DNA of 32,000 nucleotides from Hyperthermus butylicus DSM 5456 (GTDB lineage Archaea; Thermoproteota; Thermoprotei_A; Sulfolobales; Pyrodictiaceae): NCBI RefSeq assembly GCF_000015145.1, contig NC_008818.1, positions 1,320,001 to 1,352,000 of the forward strand, read 5' to 3'. Shown piece by piece: positions 9,891 to 19,085 of this stretch (position 1 is its first letter; each line of letters starts with the position of its first letter). The notes under the pieces were generated by a model. It saw only the letters and a program-made list of their open reading frames with translations, ran no database searches and was not told where the DNA came from. The position numbers and the translations under genes were made by a program.

Positions 9891-11324
9891 TCAGTGTTGT
9901 ACAAAAAGGCTTCGTTTTAACCTCTTTTCCTCCTCTAGGTAGCTAAGCCTCTTCTTAACGTACTCCCTGTACTTGACGTAGCGGTGCACTGTTGCGATGG
10001 CTGCAGCCGCCCTCTCGGGTGTTGGGTAGGCTGGTATCTTTGCCTCGGTGAGCTTCTTTATGCCTTCATAGGCTTCTATACCTCCTATGAGTGCGACGGT
10101 CATGGGCTTCTTTAGTCCTCCAGCGTCCTTAACTGCGTTGATTATAGCCTCTGCCACCTCTACGGGGTGTGTCATGGCTGTGTGGCAGTAGAGTACTACG
10201 ATGCTGTCCACGCCGGGATCGTTTAGGGCTGCATATACGGCTTTGTAGTACCACTCTGTTGGCGCCATGCCTGTCAGGTCTATGGGGTTGTTAAGGGATG
10301 CGAATGGAGGTACGAACTTCCTTATCTCATCGACAAGGCTCTGTGGTGGCTTCTGTAGCAGGAACCCGTTGTCAGCAAGGGTGTCGCTAGCCTGTACGCC
10401 TGCGCCGCCACCATTCGTTATGATCACTATCCTGTCGCCGTCGGGCAGCGGGTTCCATGTGAGGGCTTTGACCCAGTCGAAAGCCTCCTCTATGCTCTTA
10501 GCGAATAGGATGCCGCTCTGCTTGAAGGCGGCTTCGTAGAATGCTATGTTTCCTGCAAGCGAGCCTGTGTGGCTAGCGGCGGCTCTTGCACCAGCCTCGG
10601 TCCTACCCGACTTTATGACTACTATGGGCTTCTTCAGTGTCACCCTGGATGCTACCTCAACGAATTTCCGGCCGTCGCTAACACCCTCCATGTATATCAG
10701 CACTATGTTGGTGTTGGGGTCTTTCTCGAAGAACTCTAGGAAGTCGGCATCGTCTAGATCAGCCTTGTTGCCCAGGCTTATAATGGCCGAGACCCCTATT
10801 CCTTCCATGATCGTGGTGCCCATGAGCGCTATGCCCAGGGCGCCGCTCTGCGTTATGAAGGCTACGCCTCCCGGTATCACGTCGCGTGGTCCGAAGGTGG
10901 CGTTTATCCTTGAGGGGGTGTAGACGTAGCCGAATACGTTTGGTCCGAGAACCCTTATCCCGTACTTCCTAGCTGTCTCCACAACCTTCTTCTCGAGCTC
11001 TACGTTCCCCACCTCTCTGAAGCCCGAGGCTATTATAACGGCGAACTTTGCTCCAGCCTTACCAGCGTCCTCTATAACCTCGGGCACCTTGGGTGCGGGC
11101 ACTGACACTACGACGACGTCTACTGGTTCCGGTATGGCGGAGACCGAGGGGTATGCTTTGAGCCCCAGGATCTCGTCAGCGTTTGGGTTTACTGGGTAGA
11201 TCCTGCCTTTGAAGCCGTACTCCTTCAAGTTCTTCAGTATGATGTGGCCTATCTTCTGCGGGTTCTTGGATGCTCCTACCACAGCTATCGAGGATGGGTA
11301 GAATAGCTTCTCGAGCCCGGCCAT
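9891..11324 (-). CDS. acdA: Acetyl-CoA synthetase (ADP-forming), alpha subunit
   Basis: 477 aa. It has an N-terminal CoA-binding domain (SIAVVGASKNPQKIGHIILKNL), succinyl-CoA-ligase-like flavodoxin domains and the phosphohistidine segment AAASHTGSLAG. Confidence 0.9.
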   Translation of the reverse strand: MAGLEKLFYPSSIAVVGASKNPQKIGHIILKNLKEYGFKGRIYPVNPNADEILGLKAYPSVSAIPEPVDVVVVSVPAPKVPEVIEDAGKAGAKFAVIIASGFREVGNVELEKKVVETARKYGIRVLGPNVFGYVYTPSRINATFGPRDVIPGGVAFITQSGALGIALMGTTIMEGIGVSAIISLGNKADLDDADFLEFFEKDPNTNIVLIYMEGVSDGRKFVEVASRVTLKKPIVVIKSGRTEAGARAAASHTGSLAGNIAFYEAAFKQSGILFAKSIEEAFDWVKALTWNPLPDGDRIVIITNGGGAGVQASDTLADNGFLLQKPPQSLVDEIRKFVPPFASLNNPIDLTGMAPTEWYYKAVYAALNDPGVDSIVVLYCHTAMTHPVEVAEAIINAVKDAGGLKKPMTVALIGGIEAYEGIKKLTEAKIPAYPTPERAAAAIATVHRYVKYREYVKKRLSYLEEEKRLKRSLFVQH

Positions 11325-11326
11325 GG

Positions 11327-12043
11327 CTACCTACCTTCCTCACTTCTAAGTATGATCCTTATGTCTGCGATCTTGGCGCCCTTCCCCTTCTCAAAAACCA
11401 TTATGGGGTTCAAGTCTATATCTTGTATCTCCGGGTTCTCGAGCATCAGCTTCGAGGTCTTGACTATGATGTCCTTCAGCGCCTCGATATCTCTGGGGGG
11501 CTTGCCGCGGTATCCCTCCAGTATCCTATACGCCTTGATCTCCTTAATCATCTCCTCAGCATCGATAGGCGTTACCGGAGCTAGCCTGAAGCTCACGTCC
11601 TTCAGAACCTCTACGAATATGCCGCCGAGCCCGAACATCAGCAAGGGGCCGAAGATCTGGTCGCGGGTAGCGCCCACTATCACCTCTAGGTCTGATGGCA
11701 CCATTTCCTGTATCAGAACCCCAGCTATCCTAGCTTCAGGTGCATGCTTCTTCACATTCTCGATGATCTGGGTGAAGGCCTTTCTAGCGTCATCCTCGCT
11801 TCTTATGTCAAGTATAACTCCGCCGACATCGCTCTTGTGCGTTATGTCCGGAGATACTATCTTGAGAACTACCGGGAACCCTATCTCTCTAGACAGCCTA
11901 GCAGCTTCGTCGGGATCCCTAGCAAGTCCATACCTGGGTACGGGTAGCCCGTACGCCTCTGCAACAGCATACGCTTCATGTTCTAAGAGCTTCTTTCTAC
12001 CCTCCTCAAGAGCCTTCCGAAGAACATCCTTTGCACTGCCCAT
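11327..12043 (-). CDS. acdB: Acetyl-CoA synthetase (ADP-forming), beta subunit (ATP-grasp)
   Basis: 238 aa with an ATP-grasp pattern (LLEHEAYAVAEAYGLPVP...VVLKIVSPDITHKSDVGGV). Its stop lies 2 nt from the alpha subunit ATG, which suggests an operon. Confidence 0.9.
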   Translation of the reverse strand: MGSAKDVLRKALEEGRKKLLEHEAYAVAEAYGLPVPRYGLARDPDEAARLSREIGFPVVLKIVSPDITHKSDVGGVILDIRSEDDARKAFTQIIENVKKHAPEARIAGVLIQEMVPSDLEVIVGATRDQIFGPLLMFGLGGIFVEVLKDVSFRLAPVTPIDAEEMIKEIKAYRILEGYRGKPPRDIEALKDIIVKTSKLMLENPEIQDIDLNPIMVFEKGKGAKIADIRIILRSEEGR

Positions 12044-12086
12044 GTTCTCAGCTCATGGAGCTGACAGTGTGCCTAGGGAAAATATG

Positions 12087-12095
12087 TATTAAATA
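12087..12095 (-). promoter_or_regulatory. TATA-box-like element (TATTTAATA on the minus strand) upstream of acdB
   Basis: This is the only strongly AT-rich box in the upstream region, centred about 48 nt from the acdB ATG at 12043. That spacing is compatible with archaeal TATA/TSS geometry and a short leader. Confidence 0.3.
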
Positions 12096-12232
12096 GACAA
12101 TTGTAACTAACACTGTTCGTCTAACGTCTTAACCTCAGAACTGTAGAGAGCTATAACAATGTTCTTTACACCCCATCCAAGCTATCCGCATAGCGCGTCA
12201 CCATCACCCCCATCCAGACCATCAATACCCAA

Positions 12233-12415
12233 CTAGGTGTAATCAGCAGAGCCACAACTCCAAGGAGGAAAGAACACTGCTAAGCCGTTCCCAGAGTAGC
12301 GCGCCCCGCCTAGCACGGCTATGCATGCATACGCTATTCGAATGGAAGGGGGTATTGCTGGATTGAAAAACAGGGTTAGGCCTAGAAGGAAGGGCTTCAA
12401 TACAATATGTATCAT
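12233..12415 (-). CDS. Possible small hydrophobic protein (60 aa)
   Basis: Its ATG overlaps the transporter TGA as ATGA (12412-12415). The sequence MIHIVLKPFLLGLTLFFNPAIPPSIRIAYACIAVLGG is hydrophobic. I have no homology evidence. Confidence 0.25.
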   Translation of the reverse strand: MIHIVLKPFLLGLTLFFNPAIPPSIRIAYACIAVLGGARYSGNGLAVFFPPWSCGSADYT

Positions 12416-14100
12416 ACTTCCTGCAGTACATAGTTTGGTACTACGGGTGGTAGTCCCCTTCTCTTAGCATAGCTTATATTCAGCAGTCTGTGTAGTGCTG
12501 CGAGGAGGATTACTCCGATTGGCAGTAGTATCGCTGGATGCGTTATACCTGCCGCGAAGAGGGTGTACAGCACGAGCGATACGGCGGCGGTGGTTAGCGC
12601 GTAGGGTATCTGTGTGTTCACGTGGTCTATGTGGTCCGCGCCGGTGAACATCGAGGACATTATCGTCGTGTCGCTTATGGGTGAGCAGTGGTCCCCAAAT
12701 ACTCCTCCCGCGAAGACGCTTGCTATCGCAGCATAGGTTACTAGCTCCGTCGTGGCTGGGTCTAGGCCGTGCTGTATGGCCAGCTTCCACGCTAACGGTA
12801 TTGCTATGGGCATCATTATCGCGAAGGTGCCCCAGCTCGTCCCCGTCGTGAAGGATATGAATGCTGATGCTGCGAATATCAGTGGTGGTATGAGGAAGGG
12901 ATGTACTCCTGCCGCCGCCACCGTCGATACTATGTAGTCTGCTGTCCCCACGGCATCTGCGGCCGATTTCAAGCTCCATGCTAGGAGCAGTATGGTGTTG
13001 GCGAGTACCATTAGGTACATGCCACGCACAGTGTACTCCATGAGCCTTGACAGTGATAGTGTGCCCGTTGCTAGTATCAGTGCTGCTGCAGCAATGTAGC
13101 CTGCAAAGCTGCCCCAGAGTAGTGCTGTCGCGGCATCAGCATTCATTAGTGCCGTGGCGAAGTCTGTCTCCCACCACTTGCTGGGATCGTCTGCTCCTGT
13201 CAGCCACATTCCCACTAGTGTCGCAGCTACGAGTGCGAGTATTGAGAGCGGGAATATCCATGGCGGTGCCTGCTTCTGGGACGGCTCTCCTAGCACGGTT
13301 TCTGTAGGCATTAGCGGCTGTGCGCCATCGCGTAGCACTTTGCCCGTCTTCACCGCCCTGTGCTCCGCCTCTAGCATTGGGCCATAGTGTCTCCTTGTCA
13401 GTATGACTATGAGGACTAGGGTGAGTGCTAGTATGCTGTAGAAGCGGTAGGGTACAGACATTATCCATGCATACATGGCGTTGGCGGGGTCTGGCGCGTA
13501 GGGTAGGACTCCCTTCCCCGCCTCTTCAGCCAGAGTTGTGAAGGAGTCCCTGATTAGGCCGACCTCGTAGCCTATCCATGTCGATATGATTAGTAGTCCT
13601 GCTACGGGCGCGGCCGTGGAATCCACGATGTAGCTTAGTAGTTCCCTGCTCACCCTCAGACTGTCAGTCAGCGGCCTTACCGTGTTGCCTACGACGACCG
13701 TGTTGGTGTAGTCGTCGAAGAATATCGTCCAGCCCAGTATGTATGCCAGCAGGCTTGCTTGCCGTGCACTCCTCACCTTCCTCGTAAGGGCGGCTGCCAC
13801 CGAGTGTAGCGCGCCGGAAACGTAGAGTATACCGACGAAGGCTCCGATTACGAAGTTGAAAACCAGTATTGTCGCATTCCAGCTATCGGTCGCATTCTCG
13901 ATTATCCATGCAAGGCTCTGTGAGGTAGCCCTGAAAACCGACACAGCATAGCCGGCAGGGCCCGCTGCGCCGGCTAGAGCTAGCATGAAGGCTCCTACCC
14001 AGATGCCTGCAAAGAGTGCTAGGAGTACCTGCCTCGTCACTATAGCCAGGATTATTGCTAGGAGGGGCGGGAGGAGCGAGAGGGGGCCAAAGTCGGCCAT
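12412..14100 (-). CDS. NhaC-family Na+/H+ antiporter-like transporter
   Basis: About 12 or more TM segments. The N-terminus MADFGPLSLLPPLLAIILAIVTRQVLLALFAGIWVG and the overall length are typical of the NhaC family as I recall it. An alternative GTG start lies at 14121. Confidence 0.7.
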   Translation of the reverse strand: MADFGPLSLLPPLLAIILAIVTRQVLLALFAGIWVGAFMLALAGAAGPAGYAVSVFRATSQSLAWIIENATDSWNATILVFNFVIGAFVGILYVSGALHSVAAALTRKVRSARQASLLAYILGWTIFFDDYTNTVVVGNTVRPLTDSLRVSRELLSYIVDSTAAPVAGLLIISTWIGYEVGLIRDSFTTLAEEAGKGVLPYAPDPANAMYAWIMSVPYRFYSILALTLVLIVILTRRHYGPMLEAEHRAVKTGKVLRDGAQPLMPTETVLGEPSQKQAPPWIFPLSILALVAATLVGMWLTGADDPSKWWETDFATALMNADAATALLWGSFAGYIAAAALILATGTLSLSRLMEYTVRGMYLMVLANTILLLAWSLKSAADAVGTADYIVSTVAAAGVHPFLIPPLIFAASAFISFTTGTSWGTFAIMMPIAIPLAWKLAIQHGLDPATTELVTYAAIASVFAGGVFGDHCSPISDTTIMSSMFTGADHIDHVNTQIPYALTTAAVSLVLYTLFAAGITHPAILLPIGVILLAALHRLLNISYAKRRGLPPVVPNYVLQEV

Positions 14101-14139
14101 GCCGGCCTCACCACCGTGCACTTCATAGGCAGGGCAGCG

Positions 14140-14580
14140 TCATGGGCCGGTCAGCTTGTCTGTTGGCGGGTTGCCCTCTAGCTCCCCGACGAGGGCCTCT
14201 GCGTCGGTGTTTGGCGGTATACGCAGGTCTATTACGGCGTGCGCAAGGCGTGGCAGGGTGCTTAATGCATCGCCCGCCCCCGGTCTTGCCGCTGTAGCTT
14301 TTGGCTTGTAGACTGTTGGCATTGTGTCGCCGAGCGCCTCGACGGGGCTACCAGGTATCGGGTACCCGGGTGTGTGCATGGCTTGTTCAGCCTCGATCCG
14401 ACGGGCTTTTTCTCTTGCATCTGCGAGCCGGCCCCCATTCTGTACGCGGTTTAAACAGTTTGCCATAGAGGAGTGGTGCGTTGACAATGCTCGGCTCTGC
14501 CGTGAATTCGTACACGTGTTTAGGCCTAACGTTTTAGGCTGAGACCCGGCGCGTACGCTTGGCAGAGCATGCTGTTTCAA
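14140..14580 (-). CDS. Hypothetical ORF whose C-terminal part resembles an internal fragment of an M20 (ArgE/LysK/DapE) deacylase
   Basis: ...GAGDALSTLPRLAHAVIDLRIPPNTDAEALVGELEG resembles the M20 dimerisation-domain segment (GG..N.iP....iDiR.pP...e.v). The ORF is far too short for a full enzyme and its N-terminal half is low-complexity. Confidence 0.3.
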   Translation of the reverse strand: MKQHALPSVRAGSQPKTLGLNTCTNSRQSRALSTHHSSMANCLNRVQNGGRLADAREKARRIEAEQAMHTPGYPIPGSPVEALGDTMPTVYKPKATAARPGAGDALSTLPRLAHAVIDLRIPPNTDAEALVGELEGNPPTDKLTGP

Positions 14581-14804
14581 GCATACGCACCGGCCGGGCC
14601 CCCATGTGTAGCGTGGCTTGGCAGGGCTGTTTGCAGCGAGGGCGGGCTACGGGATGAACGGGAAAATACTGATGGCTGGGGAGGGGGTGGGCAGAGTAGC
14701 TGTTGGCGGTGGCGGGCTAGGTGAGCCCGTTAGGCCCTCTGGGAACCGTGGCATGGTTATAGGGCGTGTGTGGGGTGCGTCCGTACGTGTCCCCTAGCGG
14801 TAGC

Positions 14805-15233
14805 ATGGAGAAGCCGCTGCGCCTAGACGAGAAGGACTATAGGCTGCTCGAGCTGCTCCGCCGCGACGCCAGGGCGCCCTACTCCAGGCTCGCCGAGGAG
14901 CTCGGCATCTCCGAGTCTGCTGTGCGTAAGAGGATTGCGAGGCTCAGGAAGCTCGGCGTAATAAAGCGGTTCACCCTGGAGTACGACCTGCCCGACGAGG
15001 TTATAGCGCTGGTGCTCGTTAGGACCCAGCCTCCCATCCAGGCGCCGGAGGTCTCGAGAAAGATCATGGAGCACTCGCACGTGGACCGGGTCTACGAGGT
15101 AACCGGCGAGTACGACATAGTCGTCATAGCCCGTGCACGGTCAACCAAGGACATCAACGAGATTATAGACTATATCCGCAGCATAAAGGGCGTAGTGGGA
15201 ACATACACTATGATAGTCCTGCGCAGCTACTAG
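14805..15233 (+). CDS. lrp: Lrp/AsnC family transcriptional regulator
   Basis: The N-terminal HTH is LDEKDYRLLELLRRDARAPYSRLAEELGISESAVRKRIARLRKLGVI, followed by a C-terminal RAM/ligand domain. ATG at 14805. Confidence 0.9.
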   Translation: MEKPLRLDEKDYRLLELLRRDARAPYSRLAEELGISESAVRKRIARLRKLGVIKRFTLEYDLPDEVIALVLVRTQPPIQAPEVSRKIMEHSHVDRVYEVTGEYDIVVIARARSTKDINEIIDYIRSIKGVVGTYTMIVLRSY

Positions 15234-15331
15234 AACGGCGCCCGGGAGCCCCCGGGATGCAGGGCAGGGCCAGCACGGTGTAGGAGCACGGCGCTAGGCC
15301 CGGCAACACCGCGTCGCGGCACCGGGCCGCC

Positions 15332-16759
15332 TCAATGCCCGGCCGGTGGAGGGGCCGGGTGCAGCTTCGCCGGGGTCCACGCAGTAACGTATCTCCCCCG
15401 GTAGACCAGCTCGGAGCCCCTGGGAGGAGTCTTGAGGACGTCTATGAAGACTATCCGGCTGGTACACTCGGACGGGTGGCGGTGCACCTCGTCAGTTATG
15501 GTTTCAAGCCAGTACAGCACCCTGACGTCCCGCGCCACGAGGCAGTAGTTGCTGTGGCCCAGGCTCTCGTCGAGCGTTGCTACAGCCTCCTTTAGCTCGG
15601 CGTATGCCTGGGGTGGAATGCTCGGCCTAATAGTCTGGGCGACCAGCAGCCCGAAGGACGCTACGAGGCCTACAAGTGCAAGAGCCACGATCGGCCGGTG
15701 CCTAGCATCCTTCAGCACGCCGACAATCAAGCCCAACGCGGTGGCGAGAGGTATGCCCCCTATCAGCTGAAGCCTACTCCAGACCTGCCCGCTTCACACG
15801 GGGAGCACGAGGAGAGCCAGAGCCAGGGCAAGCGCTGCCAGGACGTACCTCGCCTCCCGGCTCCCAGACAGGAGCCCCTCAGCAAACAGGAGCACTATGG
15901 ACAGCAGGTTCAGAGACACAAGGATACGCGGCAGCAGCGGCGCAGCTGCAGGCACGCCGGGCTGCGGGCCCACAGGTCCCGGGGCAGCATCAAAGGACGC
16001 AAAAGCCTCCTCGACAAACCCCATAGCCTTGAACAGGTCTCCCCCCTGGAGCCCCGGGAACGCGTAGAACAACGCCAGGCTGAGCACAGCCGCCACAACC
16101 CCCTCATAGAAGATGTTTCCACGGTCGAACACTAGCTGCAGCAGAAAGAGCGCAAACACCAGGACAAGCATAAACCCATAGTCCAGTATGTGCGTCAGAC
16201 CACCCCCAACAAAGACGGCGAGAGAGGCCACGAAGAAGCGCAGCCGGCTCCTCCGCCCTCCCCCACGCAGAGCCATGTACGATACTAGGAGGAGCGCAGC
16301 CACCCACACAAGACCAGCAGCATTCTTCAGAAAATCCCCAATAAGCCTCAGCTCAAACGGCGGAGCAAGAAACACAATCATCGCCGCCAAACCCGCCAAG
16401 CCAGACGCCGTCATCCCCCGCACAAAGAGGGAGACAAGCACTGACGCCAACACCAAGAGCACCGACGCACCCACAGCCACAGCCCTAAACAGATCACCCA
16501 GGAGCACGTAGAAGAAGTACATGACATAGAAGACCAGGAGAGGATCAGGATGTCTAAGCACACCATACCTATCTATACTCAGCACCTGGGCAGCATAGTA
16601 AGGCCCATCTATCCCCGGAAGCATACCCGACCCAGTCATAAGCCAGACATACACCCAGAGGAAGACAGCTGCAACACCCAGCACAGCCCCCAGCTCCAGC
16701 AAACCGAGGCCCCCAAGCCCCACATGTACTCCCACGAAACCCCTCCGGGAAACCCCCAC
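15332..16759 (-). pseudogene. Polytopic membrane protein (function unknown, possibly GT-C-like) interrupted by one in-frame TGA
   Basis: ORFs 15794..16759 and 15332..15736 are in the same frame (16759-15736=1023). The only interruption is TGA at 15794-15796. The 19 codons between them (SGQVWSRLQLIGGIPLATA) are stop-free and continue a hydrophobic helix into the downstream ORF, which otherwise has only a TTG start. Confidence 0.6.
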
Positions 16760-16949
16760 GAACCCATACCCCCTACCGCTAAAGACGCAGAGACACCTAA
16801 TAGCACAGCCTACACAGCAACAAAAGAGGGATCACCACCAGGCGACAGTGAGTCAGCAGAAACCAAAAGGGTAGTCTATTTCCCCGCCCAGGCAAACCAG
16901 CATCGAGTCTCTCCAGAGACAACGCGGAGGCACTTGAAGCTCCACTACT

Positions 16950-17420
16950 CTATGTTATGTCGATACTTCTATAGTAGTTTGAGTGGCTTGCACTACGTGT
17001 TTTCTCACGGAGCCTCCGCTCGATCTCCACCAGCATCTCATGAACCCTCTCTAGGCACGCTACAAGCTCTCTAGCCCTGGCATCCCTGGCACCCACATCA
17101 CTGCCCAGCCCGCTCAACAACGTAATTTGTTGTCTGGAGGAACCCGTTCAGCCGGAGATAAACCCATGCAAGCTCCTCATAGACGGACTTAAAGAACACG
17201 CCCTGCCCACCACAATGCAGACGCTAATTGACATTATTGTCATATTCCCTACTAGAGTCAGGGAAGCCAACAAAATTCCTGCCCAGCACCATAAAAGCTA
17301 GCCCATCAACCACAATTGCGGTCTTCCCGAGACCATGTATCATGGTTACCTTGCGTGGATGCCAGACTTGAAACGGGAGATCCAGCGTACGGTCATGGGG
17401 CGTAATCGACGATGGAGATG
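16950..17420 (-). pseudogene. Relic of a ParA/MinD-like P-loop ATPase (multiple frameshifts and stops)
   Basis: The minus-strand translation ...RKVTMIHGLGKTAIVVDGLAFMVLGRNFVGFPDSS... resembles a deviant Walker A (KGGxGKT) followed by the L-G-K-x-V-L-x-D-x-D segment. It ends at TAG (17224-17226). Further ORF fragments in other frames run down to about 16950. Confidence 0.3.
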
Positions 17421-17694
17421 GTATTAGGGTTCAGGCCTAGATCCATACCTTGTCCTCTTCTGGCCCCGGGTATGGGCCCTCCTTAACCTCGAGAACCACA
17501 CTGTCCTCCAGGAACCCGGCGCTATGCCTGCACGCCATGGCTATTCTCATGTCCTGCCCGGAGCGCCAGGCTGAAGCCCGTCTCTGGGAGGTAGCTGGAT
17601 TCTATACAGTTGCCGCTCCTAGGCGAGCCGGTATGAGGCTTTCCCGGCTGTGCTCCGGCGGTTCCATGTAGCATACAGCATGTGCGTGTTCTAG

Positions 17695-18156
17695 CTAGCC
17701 GCGTTTCCGAATGAAATCCTCCTCGTAGATTATGTTGGCTGTGTCTTCTCCCACCTCCTCCAGGAATCTTATAAGGCTCAGGTCTCTCGTTAGGAAGCCC
17801 AGTCTCCGCGTCCTAGAAGTCTCATAGAGGAGGAGGTCTATGAGGTCTTTGAACCCCTTCCTGCGTAGCTCCAGCGCCCTCAGGTACCCTGTTACCGTGG
17901 GGTGGGTTACCCTAAACGTCTCCCTGATAGATGCTAGTCCGAGCCTCACCCTCTTCCTGTCATAGCTTGTTTTCGAGAGCTTACCCACTATCTCGAGTAT
18001 GTTGAACGGCGTATAGTAGATCTCAGCCCTCCCCAGCCTATACAGCCTCTCCAGCACCCTCAGCGCCTCCTCCACCCCCTCCACGTCTATCCCCACTATC
18101 GGTAGCAGATACGTCGTGTCCAATAGTATTCTAATCCTCTCCCCCGAAGAGCTCAT
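17695..18156 (-). CDS. vapC: PIN-domain ribonuclease (VapC-type toxin)
   Basis: RILLDTTYLLPIVG (first Asp), ...NILEIVGKL (Glu), DLIDLLLYETS and FLTRDLSL (distal acidic residues) fit a PIN domain. The gene overlaps the upstream AbrB-type antitoxin gene. ATG at 18156, although the ORF track opens at 18207. Confidence 0.8.
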   Translation of the reverse strand: MSSSGERIRILLDTTYLLPIVGIDVEGVEEALRVLERLYRLGRAEIYYTPFNILEIVGKLSKTSYDRKRVRLGLASIRETFRVTHPTVTGYLRALELRRKGFKDLIDLLLYETSRTRRLGFLTRDLSLIRFLEEVGEDTANIIYEEDFIRKRG

Positions 18157-18409
18157 CTTGCACCTCCTCGGACTCCCTTTCAAACTCCTCGAAGCTCGTC
18201 CTGGCAAACTTAGGGCCCCTCAGCGCCAGCTCAAAGGGGTCAGGTATAACCTCCATGATCACCTTGCCACCCCTCACCCTTAACCTCACGACAACACCCT
18301 CCCTTATACCGACAGCCTCAGCTATGCTCTTAGGTATGTAGAGCATGTTCTTCCTACCAACACGCGCTTTAGCAACCAGACCCAACCAAAGCCACCCAGG
18401 ACAGAACAA
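18131..18409 (-). CDS. vapB: AbrB/SpoVT-fold antitoxin (VapB-type)
   Basis: VAKARVGRKNMLYIPKSIAEAVGIREGVVVRLRVRGGKVIMEVIP is a swapped-hairpin AbrB pattern with an acidic C-terminal tail. The start is uncertain (TTG at 18409 or 18385). Confidence 0.75.
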   Translation of the reverse strand: MFCPGWLWLGLVAKARVGRKNMLYIPKSIAEAVGIREGVVVRLRVRGGKVIMEVIPDPFELALRGPKFARTSFEEFERESEEVQDELFGGED

Positions 18410-18641
18410 GCCGTCCTAGACGGTAAAAACCCTCCCCGGACACCAGAACCCCCAGTATGACTCAGAACACCCACACGAACCCCAGCCGCCCAGAGCAAAC
18501 ACGTACATGTATGTGCCACCAGGCGCCTTATCGGCATCCCCGGAGGTCAAAGACAACTGCTATGAGCCTATCCTCACGATCACACATCCTATCCACGACC
18601 AACCCTCAATCCTCCAGTAAGCCCCCTAAGACAATCCATGT

Positions 18642-19054
18642 TCAGGCCCAGCTTAGCTCTCTATGTATCCTCTTGAGGGTCTCTGCAACATATACCACCT
18701 CCTCATCGCCTATCTTGGGGCCACTGGGTAGGTTGAGGCCGTTCAGGGAGAGATAGCTGGATACCGTGCAGCAGCCACCCCCACCAGCATATGGCTCGAA
18801 TACAAGCATTACATGTAGCGGGTAAGCCCGGCACCCCGCCAAGACCCCGGGGGACACACCCCTCTGCCCTTCATAGTGGAAGCTGCTAGGTTTGTGAGTG
18901 TCTTCCTGCTCCTCCTAGCATACTTCGACCCACAGTCTCCTCTAACCGGCCCATCCAGGAGCGTTTAGGGGGTCGGGCCTGACTATTGTGTAGGCTGCCC
19001 GGGGGACTGTGCTGGCTGCGACTGCCTGGTGTGTCCACAAGCCTTTTAGTATAT
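18642..19054 (-). pseudogene. Possible relic of an N4/N6 DNA methyltransferase-like gene (two in-frame TAG codons, internally shortened)
   Basis: One frame reads ...AYTIVRPDPLNAPGWAG*RRLWVEVC*EEQEDTHKPSSFHYEGQRGVSPGVLAGCRAYPLHVMLVFEPYAGGGGCCTVSSYLSLNGLNLPSGPKIGDEEVVYVAETLKRIHRELSWA*. VFEPYAGGGG...YVAETLKRI resembles the VLDPFxGSGTT...YxxxAxxRI C-terminal block, and DPLNA resembles a degenerate DPPY. The in-frame TAGs lie at 18942-18944 and 18915-18917. Confidence 0.3.
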
Positions 19055-19085
19055 AGTGTTGTATACGTGTCTTGGGCTGAACCGC

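Noticed and set aside
11352-12092. 246-aa plus-strand ORF antisense to acdB, and similar antisense ORFs inside secY, cbf5, acdA, nhaC, cdc48, the ferritin-like gene and others
   Set aside because: The sequences are Ser/Pro/Ala-rich and embedded opposite strongly supported genes. The sense-strand products have clear family signatures.
12100-12232. Possible C/D box sRNA on the minus strand (GTGATGG ... CTGA about 65 nt apart)
   Set aside because: The box sequences deviate from RUGAUGA. There are no clear C'/D' boxes or a terminal stem. The case is not stronger than chance in my judgement.
16550-17074. 174-aa plus-strand ORF
   Set aside because: It is Pro/Thr/His-rich and low-complexity. It runs largely antisense to the 5' end of the membrane-protein gene and has no start context or domain. 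It is typical of a shadow ORF in GC-rich DNA.
17440-17667. Minus-strand reading MEPPEHSRESLIPARLGAATV*NPATSQ...MRIAMACRHSAGFLEDSVVLEVKEGPYPGPEEDKVWI*, considered as another TAG-interrupted gene
   Set aside because: It is too short, has no recognisable family, and the pre-stop part is only 21 codons. It is indistinguishable from chance.
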